From contig NC_043003.1 in the NCBI RefSeq assembly GCF_006345805.1, forward strand, positions 49,476,001 to 49,540,000: a stretch of DNA of 64,000 nt. The letters are read 5' to 3'. Position 1 is the stretch's first letter; every line of letters begins with the position of its first letter. The notes under the pieces are model-generated. The model was not told where the DNA came from and did no database searches. It saw only the letters and a list, made by a program, of their open reading frames with translations. The position numbers and the translations under genes are program-made. This document shows, in pieces, positions 51,703-64,000 of this stretch. This DNA is from Octopus sinensis (taxonomy: Eukaryota).

Positions 51703-52780
51703 TGTAGATAGATAGATAGATGATAGATAGATAGATAGAGGGTGGATGGAGATAGATAGATAGTCAGACTGACAGATAGATTAGATAGATAGATAGATAG
51801 ATACATAGATGTATGGATGGATTGTAGATAGATAGATTGTGAATAGATAAAAGACAAAGAGATAGATAGATAGAAGACAGACAGATAGATAGATAGATAG
51901 TGAAGATAGACAACAGATAGATAGATAGTATAGATAAACAGACAAAAAGATAGATAGATTGATAGCAGCTTGATTGATTGATAGGGAGAGCTCAAGGGAA
52001 AACAGTGATAAATAGATATTTTTAAGAAGCAGCTTATTACTACAGTGAAAGAAAAAATAGGAATTTCCTTCCTTTCTGTCTGCCCTGTCTCTTCTATTTT
52101 TGTCTTTCTCTATGTGACGCATATATATACATATGTACACAGATACATTCTTAAAATTGTGATGACAGTATCATTTCTCTGTCTGTTTCACAGTAGTATG
52201 AACGATGTCTGCAGATGGACAAATATATATTCTCAAAATGATCATTAGAAGAATTTGTAAATTGTAAAGCAAATGCTTTTGAAAATAATAATAAATTCCT
52301 TATTATTAACAATTGTATCTTATTAACTAAATATCTTTAACAAATTCTGTTGAGAAATGTATGCTTATGTACATACATACACACAGACGGACAGACAAAC
52401 ATTGTAAATTTCTTTTTTTCCCCTCCTCATTTAAAAAAAAATTTCTTTTCCTCTTCCAAATTGATAATTTGCTTTGCGATGAAAATCGGTTTGATTTATT
52501 ATTTCCTTTTTTAATTTTCCATACACCCATTCTTATTAAAATTTACTTTCAATTTAGCATTCTGCCTTTTTATAATTTTTCCTCGCTTATCATTTCTCCA
52601 CTGCGGTCAACACACCACCCCACATTTATTGATTTATATACACACACATATATATATATATACATATGTATATATATATATTATATATTATATGTAATAT
52701 ATATATATATATATATATATTGTAGATAGATAGATAGATGGGTGGATGAAGATAGATAGTAAGACAGACAGCAGACAGGC

Positions 52781-52818
<38 letters not shown>

Positions 52819-52958
52819 ATAGATGTATGGATGGATATATAGATGGATAGATTATGGATCAATAGATAAATAGACAAAGAGATAGATAGATAGACAGACA
52901 GACAGATAGATAGATAGTGAACGATAAACAGACAAACAGATAGATAGATAGATTGAGT

Positions 52959-53027
<69 letters not shown>

Positions 53028-53715
53028 CCGGTTTGGTTGATTGATAGGGAGAGCTCAAGGGGAAAACAGTGATAAATAGATATTTTTAAGAAAGCAGCTT
53101 ATTACTACAGTGAAAGAAAAAATAGGAATTTCCTTCCTTTCTGTCTGCCCTGTCTCTTTCTATTTTTGTCTTTCTCTATGTGACGCATATATATACATAT
53201 GTACACAGATACATTCTTAAAATGTGATGACAGTATCATTTCTCTGTCTGTTTCACAGTATGTATGAATGTATGTCTGCAGATGGACACATATATATTTC
53301 TCAAAATGATCATTAGAAGAATTTAGTTAAATTGTAAAGCAAATGCTTTTGAAAATAATAATAAATTCCTTATTATTAACAATTGTATCTTATTAACTAA
53401 ATATCTTTAACAAATTCTGTTGAGAAATGTATGCTTATGTACATACATACACACAGACGGACAGACAAACATTGTAAATTTCTTTTTTTCCCCTTCCTCA
53501 TTTTTAAAAAAAATTTCTTTTCCTCTTCCAAATCTTGATAATTTGCTTTGCGATGAAAATCGGTTTGATTTATTATTTTCCCTTTTTTAATTTTCCATAC
53601 ACCCATTCTTATTAAAATTTACTTTCAATTTAGCATTCTGCCTTTTTATAATTTTTCCTCGCTTATCATTTCTCCACGTGCGGTCAACACAACCCCACCA
53701 TTTATTGATTTATAT

Positions 53716-53765
<50 letters not shown>
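51700..53765. repeat. About 1-kb tandem duplication (units start near 51702 and 52720)
   Basis: Unique sequence between microsatellites present twice; differences mostly 1-2 nt indels. Confidence 0.9.
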
Positions 53766-53770
<5 letters not shown>

Positions 53771-53879
53771 CACATGCAGTGAGGGAGGGAGAGAGAGAGA
53801 CAGAGAGATGGACAGAATAGAGATTCATACTTTTATTCTAATAACTCCAATGAGAGTGTCGGTAAACATTCATAAATAC

Positions 53880-54050
53880 CAGCAGGTGTGGCTGTCTGGT
53901 AAAAAGCTTGTTTCCCAACCACATGGTCCCAGGTTCAGTCCCACAGTGTGCTACTTTAGACAAGTGTCTTCTACTATAGCCTCGAGCTGACCAAAGCCTC
54001 GTGAGTAGATTTGGTAGATGAAAACTGAAAGAAGCCCATCATATATAACT
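53880..54050 (+). mobile_element. SINE family B head
   Basis: gcaggtgtggctgtctggtaa...ggttcagtcccac. Confidence 0.75.
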
Positions 54051-54054
54051 ACAT

Positions 54055-54245
54055 GTTGATTGTTGGCAATTTTTTTCCTCTGTCTTCTTTATCTCTTTGA
54101 CTTTCCTCCATCTGCTGTTTCTGAAGGAGGGCTTTGCTCGAAATGTAAAACACCCTTTCTTTCCTTCCCTAAGCATCTTTTAATACTTTGCATGTACCAC
54201 ATCCTTGCACTGTTGTTTTTTTCTTGTGTTTATTTTGGATTAACT
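54055..54245 (+). mobile_element. Penelope-like terminal fragment with degenerate minimal hammerhead motif
   Basis: gttt-ctgaagg-a-gggc/ttt/gctc-gaaa-tgta-aaac; same family as 23890. Confidence 0.55.
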
Positions 54246-54599
54246 ATATCATCATCATCATCATCATCGTTTAAAGTCCGTTTTCCGCGCTAGCACGGGT
54301 TGGACGGTTTCGACCGGGGTCTGGGGAGCTCGGGACTGCCCAGGCTCCAGTCTAGTCTGGCAGTGGTTCTACAGCTGGATGCCCTTCCTAACGCCAACCA
54401 CTCCACGAGTTAGTGGGTGTTTTTACGTGCCACCTGCACAGTGCCAGAGGGGGCTGGCATCGGCCACGTTCGGATGGTGCTTACATATATATATATATGG
54501 GATCAGACAAACAGCGTGGATTTTTAGGATTACATCATTTAATGAATCCCTTATCATTTTTCTTTTTTAAGACATCACAACAGTATTCAGATAGATTCT

Positions 54600-55010
54600 T
54601 GGATCGTAGGGCGACCTGCTGTGCTTGAGGAGACCTATTGAGTCAAGTACATCAACATCAAAATAAAAATCAAATGGAAATTGTAGTTGTGATACCTGTG
54701 CCGGTGGCACGTAAAAAGCAACAACCAGTCATGGCTGTTGCCAACCTCCGCTGGCCCCTGTTCTGGTGGCATGTAAAAAGCACCAACCAATCATGGCCGT
54801 TTGTCAGCCTCCTCTGGCCCCTGTGCTGGTGGCACGTAAAAAGCACTCACTACACACACGGAGTGCTTGGCGTTAGGAAGAGCATGCAGCTATAGTAACA
54901 CTGCCTGATCAGCCTGAAGCCTTGTACAGACTCCTGGATTCCCAGACCCTGGTCGAACTGTCCAACACATGCTAGCATGGAAAATAGATGTTAAACGATG
55001 ATGATGATTT
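54600..55010 (+). mobile_element. RTE 3-prime end plus UTR (family C) with three gtggcacgtaaaaagcac units
   Basis: ctgctgtgcttgaggagacc (end of RTE ORF) continues directly into family C sequence and a (TGA)n tail. Confidence 0.8.
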
Positions 55011-56523
55011 CGTTGCCCTGCTATTTCTAGCAGTACCACAAGCAACCACAGGAAGAAGTTCCCTGTTTTGTCTCATTGATGAAGGGGTTCATGTTGCAGG
55101 CAAACTATGATTGCGTAAATGGTGGTTTCCCTGGTGGTGATTATTGCGGTGGTAGTGGTGGTGGTGATGATGGTAGTGATGCTAATGATAAGGATGATGA
55201 TGGTGGTGGTGATGATGACAGCTATGCTAATAATAATGATGAATGATAATGGTGGTAGTGGTGGTAGTGATGATGGTAGTGACGCTAATGATAATGATGA
55301 TGATGCTGGCGATGATGATAGCTATGCTAATAATAATGATGATGTTGGTGGTGGTGGTGATGTTGTTGGCAGTGACTGTGGTGGTGGTGGTGACGATGGT
55401 AGTTGTGATGGTGATGACGATAACGATGTCCTCTTCAGTAATTTACCATGGGTTGTACAGCATTGATTTGACTTGTAGCCTCTTCGCTACTACATCACTG
55501 TCTTATAACTGACAATGCATATGTCATTCTCATTTTGCTTTTTTTATATCTCTGTTTGGAATGTTTTTCTGTGTGGTGTGTGTGTGGTGTGTGTTGTCTG
55601 TATATAATGTGTGTGTGTGTATATGTGTGTCAATGTGTGTATGTGAGTGTGGGAGGAAATGCGTGCATGTGTTTGTACGTGTGTGTGTGCGTGTTTATAT
55701 GTATGTGTATGCATGTTTGTGTGTGTCTGTGTGTAGAAGCTCCCTCATTTGTGCCCTGTGAGGAAATTGTTGTTGTGGTTGTTGTTGTTGAATGCAGCAG
55801 CTTTGCAGAATCGATAGAGGATCTGACAAAATATCTTATGTGGTATGGTAAGCTGGTAGATTCAGTAGAGTGCCATACTATACCATTACATGACAAAATG
55901 CTTGTGTGGTGGTGGTGGTGGTGGTGGTAGGGGTGAATGGTAGAAATGAAATGATGGAACAATGAACCAAATAACGCATCTCAAAATGTGGTGGTGGGGG
56001 TTATGGAATACCAGAGTTGATAGAGCAATACATAAATTTCCTCATGGCATGGATCATCATCATCATCATCATCATCATCATTTAGTGTCCCTTTTCCATG
56101 TTGGCATGGGTTGGATGGTTTGGCAGAAACCTCTGGGCCAGAGGGCTGCAGCAAGCTCTACTGTCTACTTTGGTGTTGTCACCACAGATGGAAGTGCTTC
56201 CAAATGCCAACCACTTTGCTGAGTGTATTGAGTACTTTTTACGTGATACCAGCACCAGCATGATAAGAACCCCATTAACTAAGAATGACCAGTATTGGTT
56301 TCGAATTTTGGCACAAGGCTGGGGAATTTTGGTAGGGAGGGGTCAAGTTGATTACATTGACCCCAGTGCTCAACAGGTACTTAATTTATCAACTCCAATA
56401 GGAAAGAAAGGTAAAGTCAGCCTCAATGGAATTTGATCCCTGAGCATAAAAATAAATTAAATGCCCCCAACCAATTTTTTGATTGGCACGCAAAAGATTC
56501 TGCCGGTTCACCACCTCAATAAC

Positions 56524-56555
<32 letters not shown>

Positions 56556-56640
56556 TAACAATCCTTTCTACTAAAGGCACAAGGCCTGAAATCCCCAAAA
56601 GGTTGAAAAGCAAAGCTGACCTCAGCAGAATTTGAACAAC

Positions 56641-56676
<36 letters not shown>

Positions 56677-57269
56677 TTCTATAGGCACAAGGCCTGAAAT
56701 TTGGGGAAGGGTGCTAGTTGAGTACATCGACCCCAGTACTCAACTGGTATTTATTTTATTGATCCCAAAAAGTTGAAAGGCAAAGTCAACCTCAGCAGAA
56801 TTTGAACTGGGAACATAAGGATGGACAAAATTCCACTTAGTAGTTTTTCTGGTGTACTAACAATTCAGCCAGCTCACCACCATTTTGGATGACGAGTAGT
56901 GGAGGAGGTCACTTTATGCTCAGTGATGAGAGGTTGAGGTAGGATTAGAAGGACAGGTGTCTTACTGTGGGGGAGATGCATGGATAACCCTGTTTTGTAA
57001 AAAGAAGAATGGAGTAGAGAAGATGATAGTGAAGATGTATCAAGGTATACCCTCCAGGTGATAGAATGGCAAAATTGGTAGAGCAACGACTATTATAACT
57101 TGTGTTGTTTAGCAGCATAACTTTAGACTCTGGTTTCAAGTCACACGAGTTGCACCAAACTTTCCTTTCATCCTTCTGGTGGGGTTGATACAGCATTGAT
57201 TATTGATTATGCAAAATAAGCATGTGCTTAGGGTATCAAGGAAAGGTGAGGGCACCACAGAAATGGTAA

Positions 57270-57600
57270 ATGGTTTATGGCACTTTAAACTCACAAAAAA
57301 TAATATTCGGTACGCCTTATCTCTTCTAAGTATAGAAGCAAATGTGTTACATGAGATTAATTTTGAGGATCTGATGAAAGACTTTGCCAATGAAAAAAGT
57401 AGGAGAAAACTTTTCAAATATAAATAAAACGGAAATATGCAAAAATAAACATTATTTTCCATTTTATTATTAGCTTTGTTTCATTTTGAAGATTAAATAT
57501 TTATTTCATGGCTTCTTATTGTTTATATTTTGAATTATATATATCGGGGCACCAAAACCTTTTAAGTGCTTGGAGTCTCTATGAATTTTAATCTGGTTCT
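57270..57600 (+). mobile_element. hAT transposase C-terminal (dimerisation domain) remnant
   Basis: FKLTKNNIRYALSLLSIEANVLHEINFEDLMKDFANEKSRRK. Confidence 0.75.
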
Positions 57601-57829
57601 AGGTTGATAAAATAAAGCAACAGTCAAATACAAGGGTTGGTATAAACAACTATACACTTCATGATACACTAAAATTTAAGGCCTTCTGCCTATTTTCGAA
57701 ATCAATATTGCTCTAATTGATGTTTCTTGGGAAAGAAACATCAACTATTCTTCCTAGTTTCTCATCCAATGATATTGTAGTTCTTATTGTTGCCACCGTA
57801 AATGTTTTGTTTTTGAAAGCCGTCTTTTA

Positions 57830-58860
57830 TTAACTGTTCCTCTTTATTCTTGTTGTTTGTGTTCTTCTTTATTTCTTCTATTTCATTGCATTTCACATCA
57901 TCTCGTTTCATTTCCTCTTCTTTATTCCACTCCAGCACCTTTTATCTGCCTCCATTCCTCATCTCCATCTCCTCTCTTTCCATTTCTACATCCTTCCGTA
58001 TCCCATTTTAATGTTGTCATTCCTTAGTCTTCATATTTTTCTTCCTTTATTTCATTATTTCTTCCTTTTGAAAATATATTTTTTTTTTTCCCCTTTCTTT
58101 CATTCTATCATTCTGTCATTTGCTCTCTCCTTCTGTCTTACTTTCACTTATTCTCTCTTTCTTTCAACCATTGTTCTTTCCCTCTAATCTCTCTCTCTCT
58201 CTCTCTCAAATCAGTTACTCTCTCTTTCTCTCTTTATATATATTCATATATCTTCTCTTCACCTTTATTGATATAAAACCATTTCCTCTCTCTCTCTCTC
58301 TCTCTCTTGAAAACATTCCTCCACTCTTATTTCTCAGTGCCTTTCATCCTTTCTTTTCATTCTCATCTCTTTTTCCTCACTGTTCTCTCCCTCCCTCCCT
58401 CTTTCACTCACTCTTATTCTTTCACCTTTAACGTATCCTCTACCCCCTCCTTCTTTCTATTCTTTACAGTCTTTACCCTGTACAATGCCTCTGTAACTCA
58501 TACATTTATCCTTAAATAATTCCTTCACATTTTTCGTCTCTCCCTTAATTGCCCTCCTCTCTCTCTCTCCCTCTCTATCAACCAATATCCCTTTCTCTCT
58601 CACTATTTCTCATTCAGTCTCTCTCTCCACCTTTCTCTCTTACAGCTTCTCTCGCTCTTTCTCCCTTTCTATTCTAATTCCCATAATTTCCACTCCCTAG
58701 ACACTAACTCCACATCTCCAATTCTTCCTTCTCCATACCTCCACTCAACACTTTACCCTCCACTCCACCCTTCACTCTGTTCATCTTACCCCCTCCTTTT
58801 TTTCTGTGTCCCTCCTTAGTTTCCACTCCCACTATTCTTTCTATTTATTCTTTTATTTTT
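57830..58860. repeat. Polypyrimidine/polypurine low-complexity tract
   Basis: Strong CT bias on the plus strand. Confidence 0.85.
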
Positions 58861-58864
58861 TCAT

Positions 58865-59450
58865 TCTTTTACTCGTTTCAATCATTTGACTGCAGCCATG
58901 CTGGAACACCGCCTTTAGTGTAACAAATCGACCCCGGGACTTATTCTTTGTAAGCCTAGTACTTATTCTATCGGTTTATTTTACTGAACTGCCAAGTTAT
59001 GGGGACATAACCACACCAACATTGTGTGTGTGCCTGTTTGTTACCTACCATCGCTTGACAACCACACACACACACACACACACACACATATGCAATGAGC
59101 TTCTTTCAGTTTCCGTCTACCAAATCCAACTACAAACTTTTGGTCAGCCTGAGGCTATAGTAGAAAACACTTGCCCAAGGTTCCATGCAGTGGGACTGAA
59201 CCCAGAACCATGTGGTTGGTAAGCAAGCTATTTACCACACAGCCACTTCTGATATATATATATATATATACATACAATGGGCTTCTTTTAGTTTCCGTCT
59301 ACTAAATCCACTCACAAGGTTTTGGTTGGCCTGAGACTATGACTATAGTAAACGACACTTGCTCAAAGTGCCACCCAGTGGGACTGAACCCAGAACCATG
59401 AGGTTGGGAAGCAAGCCACTTACCACACAATCATTCCTGTACCTATTTGT
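58865..59450 (-). mobile_element. SINE family B with duplicated head
   Basis: Head region present twice (59100-59250 and 59280-59440). Confidence 0.8.
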
Positions 59451-59977
59451 CCTCAATCTCCAACTTTATCCTTCATATCACTCCCCCTCTACTCCCTCTC
59501 CTTTCCTTCCATAATCATTGCTCTTTGCCCCCTTCCCACTTAACATCTCCTCCCACTATCTTTTTGTCACCACCTTCTTATTTAACTCTTTCCTTTTCCT
59601 TTTTTCTCCTCCCGTTCTCTTCCAATACTTTCTCCCTCCAAATCTCTGTTGTTATCCACTATCTTTATTAATTTCCTTAACTTTTATTAGCCTTCAGGCA
59701 TTTCCAGCTTTATACAATTCTACACATAATACACTCACGCACACACTCACACACACACACACGCATCACATACTAATACACATGCACACATCTATACACA
59801 CATACAAATATACATATGCTTGTACACTCATAGACACACACACACATATATACATACATCTCTACACGAGCACACATCTACACATGTACACACCACACAC
59901 ACACACACATATCACATACTAGTACACATGCACACATCTATACACACATACAAATATGTATGCATGCACACTCATAA

Positions 59978-60038
<61 letters not shown>

Positions 60039-60351
60039 CATCTCTACACATGAGCACACATCTACACATGCACACACACAGACACATATACAGATACATC
60101 TCTACACGCGAGCTCATGCCTAAACATGCATGTACAAACACATGCACATACACACACTCATTCATACACACACTGACATATATCCATAAGCACACACATG
60201 TTCTCACACACCAAACAATCCATACACGGTGTGTATACAACAATAGTCAACAATAGTCCCAATATTTGGTATTTTACAAAAGGTTATTTCCTCTCCTTAT
60301 ACAATTGCAATGTCTGCCTCAAGTACTTGTTAACTACTACTACTGCTGCTG

Positions 60352-60385
<34 letters not shown>

Positions 60386-60814
60386 TACTACCACCACCAT
60401 CACCACCAACAACAACAACAGCAACAATACCACCACCACCACCACCACTACTACTACTACTACGACTACGACTACTACTACTACTATCACCACCACCACC
60501 ACCACCACCACCACCACTACCACCACCACCACCACTACTACTGCTACTACCACTACTTCTACTACTACCACTGTCACCAAGGCCATAAGTGTCCATAAGA
60601 GCTGTCAAGGACAAAGTTCACTTGCATATCTGTCTGTAGAGTGAGTATATTAATCTAAGTGTACAGTATTATATATCTATAATGGCTACCTCTGATGAGC
60701 ACAGGGTTACATAATCGAACTGTTACCTAACATTCTGTTGTACCCCTAGTGCAAAACCAATCTGTAAGATCAACCATAAAGGATATATAATACTGTAGAC
60801 TTCGATGAATATAT

Positions 60815-60919
60815 ATGCATGGCACCTTGGGTAAAGGTCTTCTACTATAGCCACAGGCCGATCAAAGCCTTGTGAGTGGATTTGGTAAATGGAAACTGGA
60901 AGAAGCCCATTGTATATAT

Positions 60920-60960
<41 letters not shown>

Positions 60961-61436
60961 CATCATTGTTTAACGTCCGCTTTCCATGCTAGCATGGGTT
61001 GGATGATTTGACTGAGGACTGGCGAACCAGATGGCTGCACCAAGCTATGTGTGTGTCTGTGTTTGTCCCCCACCATTGCTTGACAACTGATGCTGGTATG
61101 TTTACATCTCTGTAACCTAGTGGTTTGGCAAAAGAGATTGATAGAATAAGTACTAGGCTTACAAAGAATAAGTCCTGGGGTTTATTTGTTTGACTAAAGA
61201 TGGTACTCCAGCATGGCCACAGTCAAATGATTGAAATAAGTAAAAGAATAAAAGAATACATATGCATGTATATATGCAGTGGGCTTCTACAGAGTTTCTG
61301 CCTACCAAATCCACTGACAAGGCATTGGTTGGTCTTCTGCTATAGTAGAAGATACTTGCTCAATATGCTGCAAAGTGGGATAGAACCCAAAACCACATGA
61401 TTGCAAAGTGAGCTTCTTAACCACACAACTATGCCT
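60815..61436. mobile_element. SINE B (plus, interrupted by a family C fragment) followed by an inverted SINE B head (61280-61436, minus)
   Basis: Direct inspection. Confidence 0.7.
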
Positions 61437-61981
61437 GGCTTAGTCTAAATTCTCTAGACTCCAAATTCTACCGCACATATTCTTTGTTTTGCATTTCTCA
61501 ATGATTGATGAAAGAAAGTCAACAGATACGTATGGTATATTGATTGGTCTCCAATATATTGTAACTTCTTAAGTGGTTGAGTCTCAGAAACAGTAAAATA
61601 CCCATCTACATTCTTTAGAATTCAAATTCTTCCAAACACTTTGCCTTGTATCTCTCTATGATTGATGAAATAAAGTTCTCTTATACAAGAACTTTTATTA
61701 TCAATTGCAACTTCTCTGTTACAAATTTATGGCCTTATCGCAGTGTAAAAATTCCTTAAAAGTCAATCTAACCTTCTTAACTTTTAATGAATTTTAGTAA
61801 TGTATATAAGTATTTGTTTTTATTCATACTTTTCATTCATGTTTGAACTTAGGATAAGAATATAAAACTATAAAACTAAGACATGAAATCTAACTTTGTT
61901 CTTAGAACAGGTTTCAATTATATCAGTCTGTGTAGTTCAATTTATCTTTAATAATATCAAATATATACAGAAGATACTAAC

Positions 61982-62112
61982 AATGAAATAGTTCCCGGTA
62001 ATGGTGATTATGTCCATAACACATTGTTTTGTTGACTTTCTACTGCAGAATTTTCTTTCTTTTTTGTGGAGTATCTTTAGGAGTATGTCAGCTTCAAGAA
62101 ACCAATCTTTTT
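61982..62112 (-). CDS. Candidate internal coding exon A of an unannotated minus-strand gene (xKDWFLEADILLKILHKKERKFCSRKSTKQCVMDIITITGNYFI)
   Basis: Strong acceptor tttctttctttctctctttaag|, open frame of 2 nt + 43 codons, donor ATT|GTTAGT; ends in phase 0, matching exon B. Confidence 0.55.
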
Positions 62113-62787
62113 CTTAAAGAGAGAAAGAAAGAAATCCAACACTGCAAGCTAATAAAGTATTTGTCAAATTCTACAGTGATCTTGATTACCCCAGGGAGCT
62201 GAACCACATAGTGTTGCTGTTAATATTTTTAACCTTTCAATGGATAAATCCCCCCAACATAGCTGGACTGGGTTATTGATAGCTAAGTGTCTTTTCAATG
62301 GTTATATCAAACCATTAAATACAATGCTAAGACTCCCTGCTGCTCTCTGCTTTGTGTATCTAGGTTTCAGATTAGTTGTACTGCCTCACAGCTACATCGT
62401 TCTGGGTTCAAACCAGCTGTACAGCACATTGGACAAGTGTTTTAACCTTGGGTCAACTCATACCTTTTGTGTGGAATTGAGTACATGGAAACTGTAAGGA
62501 AACTTGTCAGGGAATTTGCACTGAGCCTTAGATAATATACCTATTTTATTGCCTGATTTAAAATCACCTTGGTTGATTTTAGTAGAATTTACTTGGTAGT
62601 AAGTATTAAAATCAGAACTGTGTTCTGAGAATAACTAAAGATTTTGAAGTGTTGCTTCCTGTTGCATCAACCCATATAAGGAATTGGTAATTTCAGTTCT
62701 CATAAGGAGAATGTGACAATTCTCGCACTTGAGCTTTATTTGAGAGTGATGAAGAGTGAAAGTGAGAGTGAGGAGGGGAAAGAGAGG

Positions 62788-62823
<36 letters not shown>

Positions 62824-63393
62824 AAGAAAGAAGGAGTGGTGTTGCTTTGCTTGAAAGCAAGTAAATAGTACCCATACTAGAAAGCAGAGGAATGATGAGG
62901 CATGGGGGAATAGAGAGGAGATTGGGTGAATCCTGAAAGTGCTAAAGTACTTGAGTTTATTTTGTAGCACAGAGAGCGAGAGAAAGAGAGAGAGGGGTGA
63001 TAGAGAGAGAGAAAGAGAGAGAGGGGTGATAGAGAGAGAGAAAGAGAGTGACAGAGAGAGGGAGAAAGAAAGAGAGATGGACAACAACATATTCTGATAA
63101 TTGAGTTCCATTTCTCTCTCTCTCTCTCTCTTCTGTTTCTCTTGTTGTTTGATACAATACAGAACAAATGTAACTGCACAGAATCTGTTTTAGAAAATTG
63201 TTGCGGTTCCAGTGTTAAAAAGGTTAATTACATCAATTATAAATGATTTATGCATTAAAAGCAAGGACGTAATGTGTGTGTGTGTGTGTGTGTGTGTGTA
63301 TGCGTATGCGTGTAAGAGTTGTCTATTTGATTATTGATATATTTCTGATGGGTCTGAAAAATTATCATTGTTCTCCTCCTCCTCCTCCTCATT

Positions 63394-63433
<40 letters not shown>

Positions 63434-64000
63434 CATTCCTGTCATCACCATCATCATTCCTGTCATCATCATCGTCATCATTATCATCGTTGGTATACTC
63501 CTCATTGCTGCTGTCAATGTCATCATTATCATTATCATCATCATCAGCAACATCATCATACACCACCACCACCACCACCATCATCATCATCACTATGGTG
63601 ATTGTTAGTTTTATCAAAAAGCAACTATTTGTCTTCACTCATCTGTCAGTTTTCATTTAAATAACCCAAACGGACCCACTCAGGTGGTGTTGGTGTGTGC
63701 ATGTGTGTGCGTGTGGGGGGGAACATGTCCAGCCCCCTTCCCCAACCTCTTGTATAAATCACACAGACACACTAATTTCTTAATTTCATTCACAGACTAA
63801 TAACAAAAATTGGTCTGTGCAATTATTACAATAGATTCAACTGAGGTATTTAAAATTAAACGAGTTCATTTGAAGGATTATTTCTTGTCTGTCAGTAAGA
63901 ACTGGTATGCTGATGTTTAACCCTTGGTTAGCCTTGACTAATAAGACCTATGATCAAAGAAATTCTTGCCATAACCATCCTGTCTTTCTTTTTCTTATTA

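Noticed and set aside
57717-57744. 12-bp perfect hairpin ttgatgtttctt-ggga-aagaaacatcaa
   Set aside because: AT-rich, isolated and with no supporting context; plausible by chance
62635-63111. 158-aa minus-strand ORF
   Set aside because: Mostly (CT)n translation; no convincing donor in the phase needed to join exon A

Overview
Repeat-dense eukaryotic genomic DNA. The SINE/LINE families and extreme microsatellite load are what I associate with Octopus or another coleoid cephalopod (inference, not a database result). Most ORF-track entries are artefacts of (TA)n/(CA)n/(CAT)n/(GA)n tracts or antisense frames of decayed transposons. Under this I can assemble seven minus-strand, GT-AG, phase-compatible candidate exons (62112 down to 15954) encoding a ~230-aa C-terminal fragment of a helical protein. 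It tentatively resembles the C-terminus of FANCA (alignment from memory; needs HMM/BLAST and RNA-seq). The introns and flank hold two decayed Helitron Rep/helicase copies in opposite orientation, one non-autonomous Helitron with intact ends, and several Tc1/mariner, Tc2/pogo-like, hAT and TTAA-MITE remnants. They also hold many RTE-type LINE fragments (some ending in C2H2 zinc fingers) and three tRNA-type SINE families. The most unusual non-coding signals are degenerate minimal type I hammerhead-ribozyme motifs in Penelope-like fragments (one joined to a tRNA-like Pol III head), two near-perfect 35-55 bp foldback hairpins, and closely spaced inverted SINE pairs that would form dsRNA in the pre-mRNA. 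There is one 100-N gap and a ~1-kb tandem duplication that looks like an assembly artefact.
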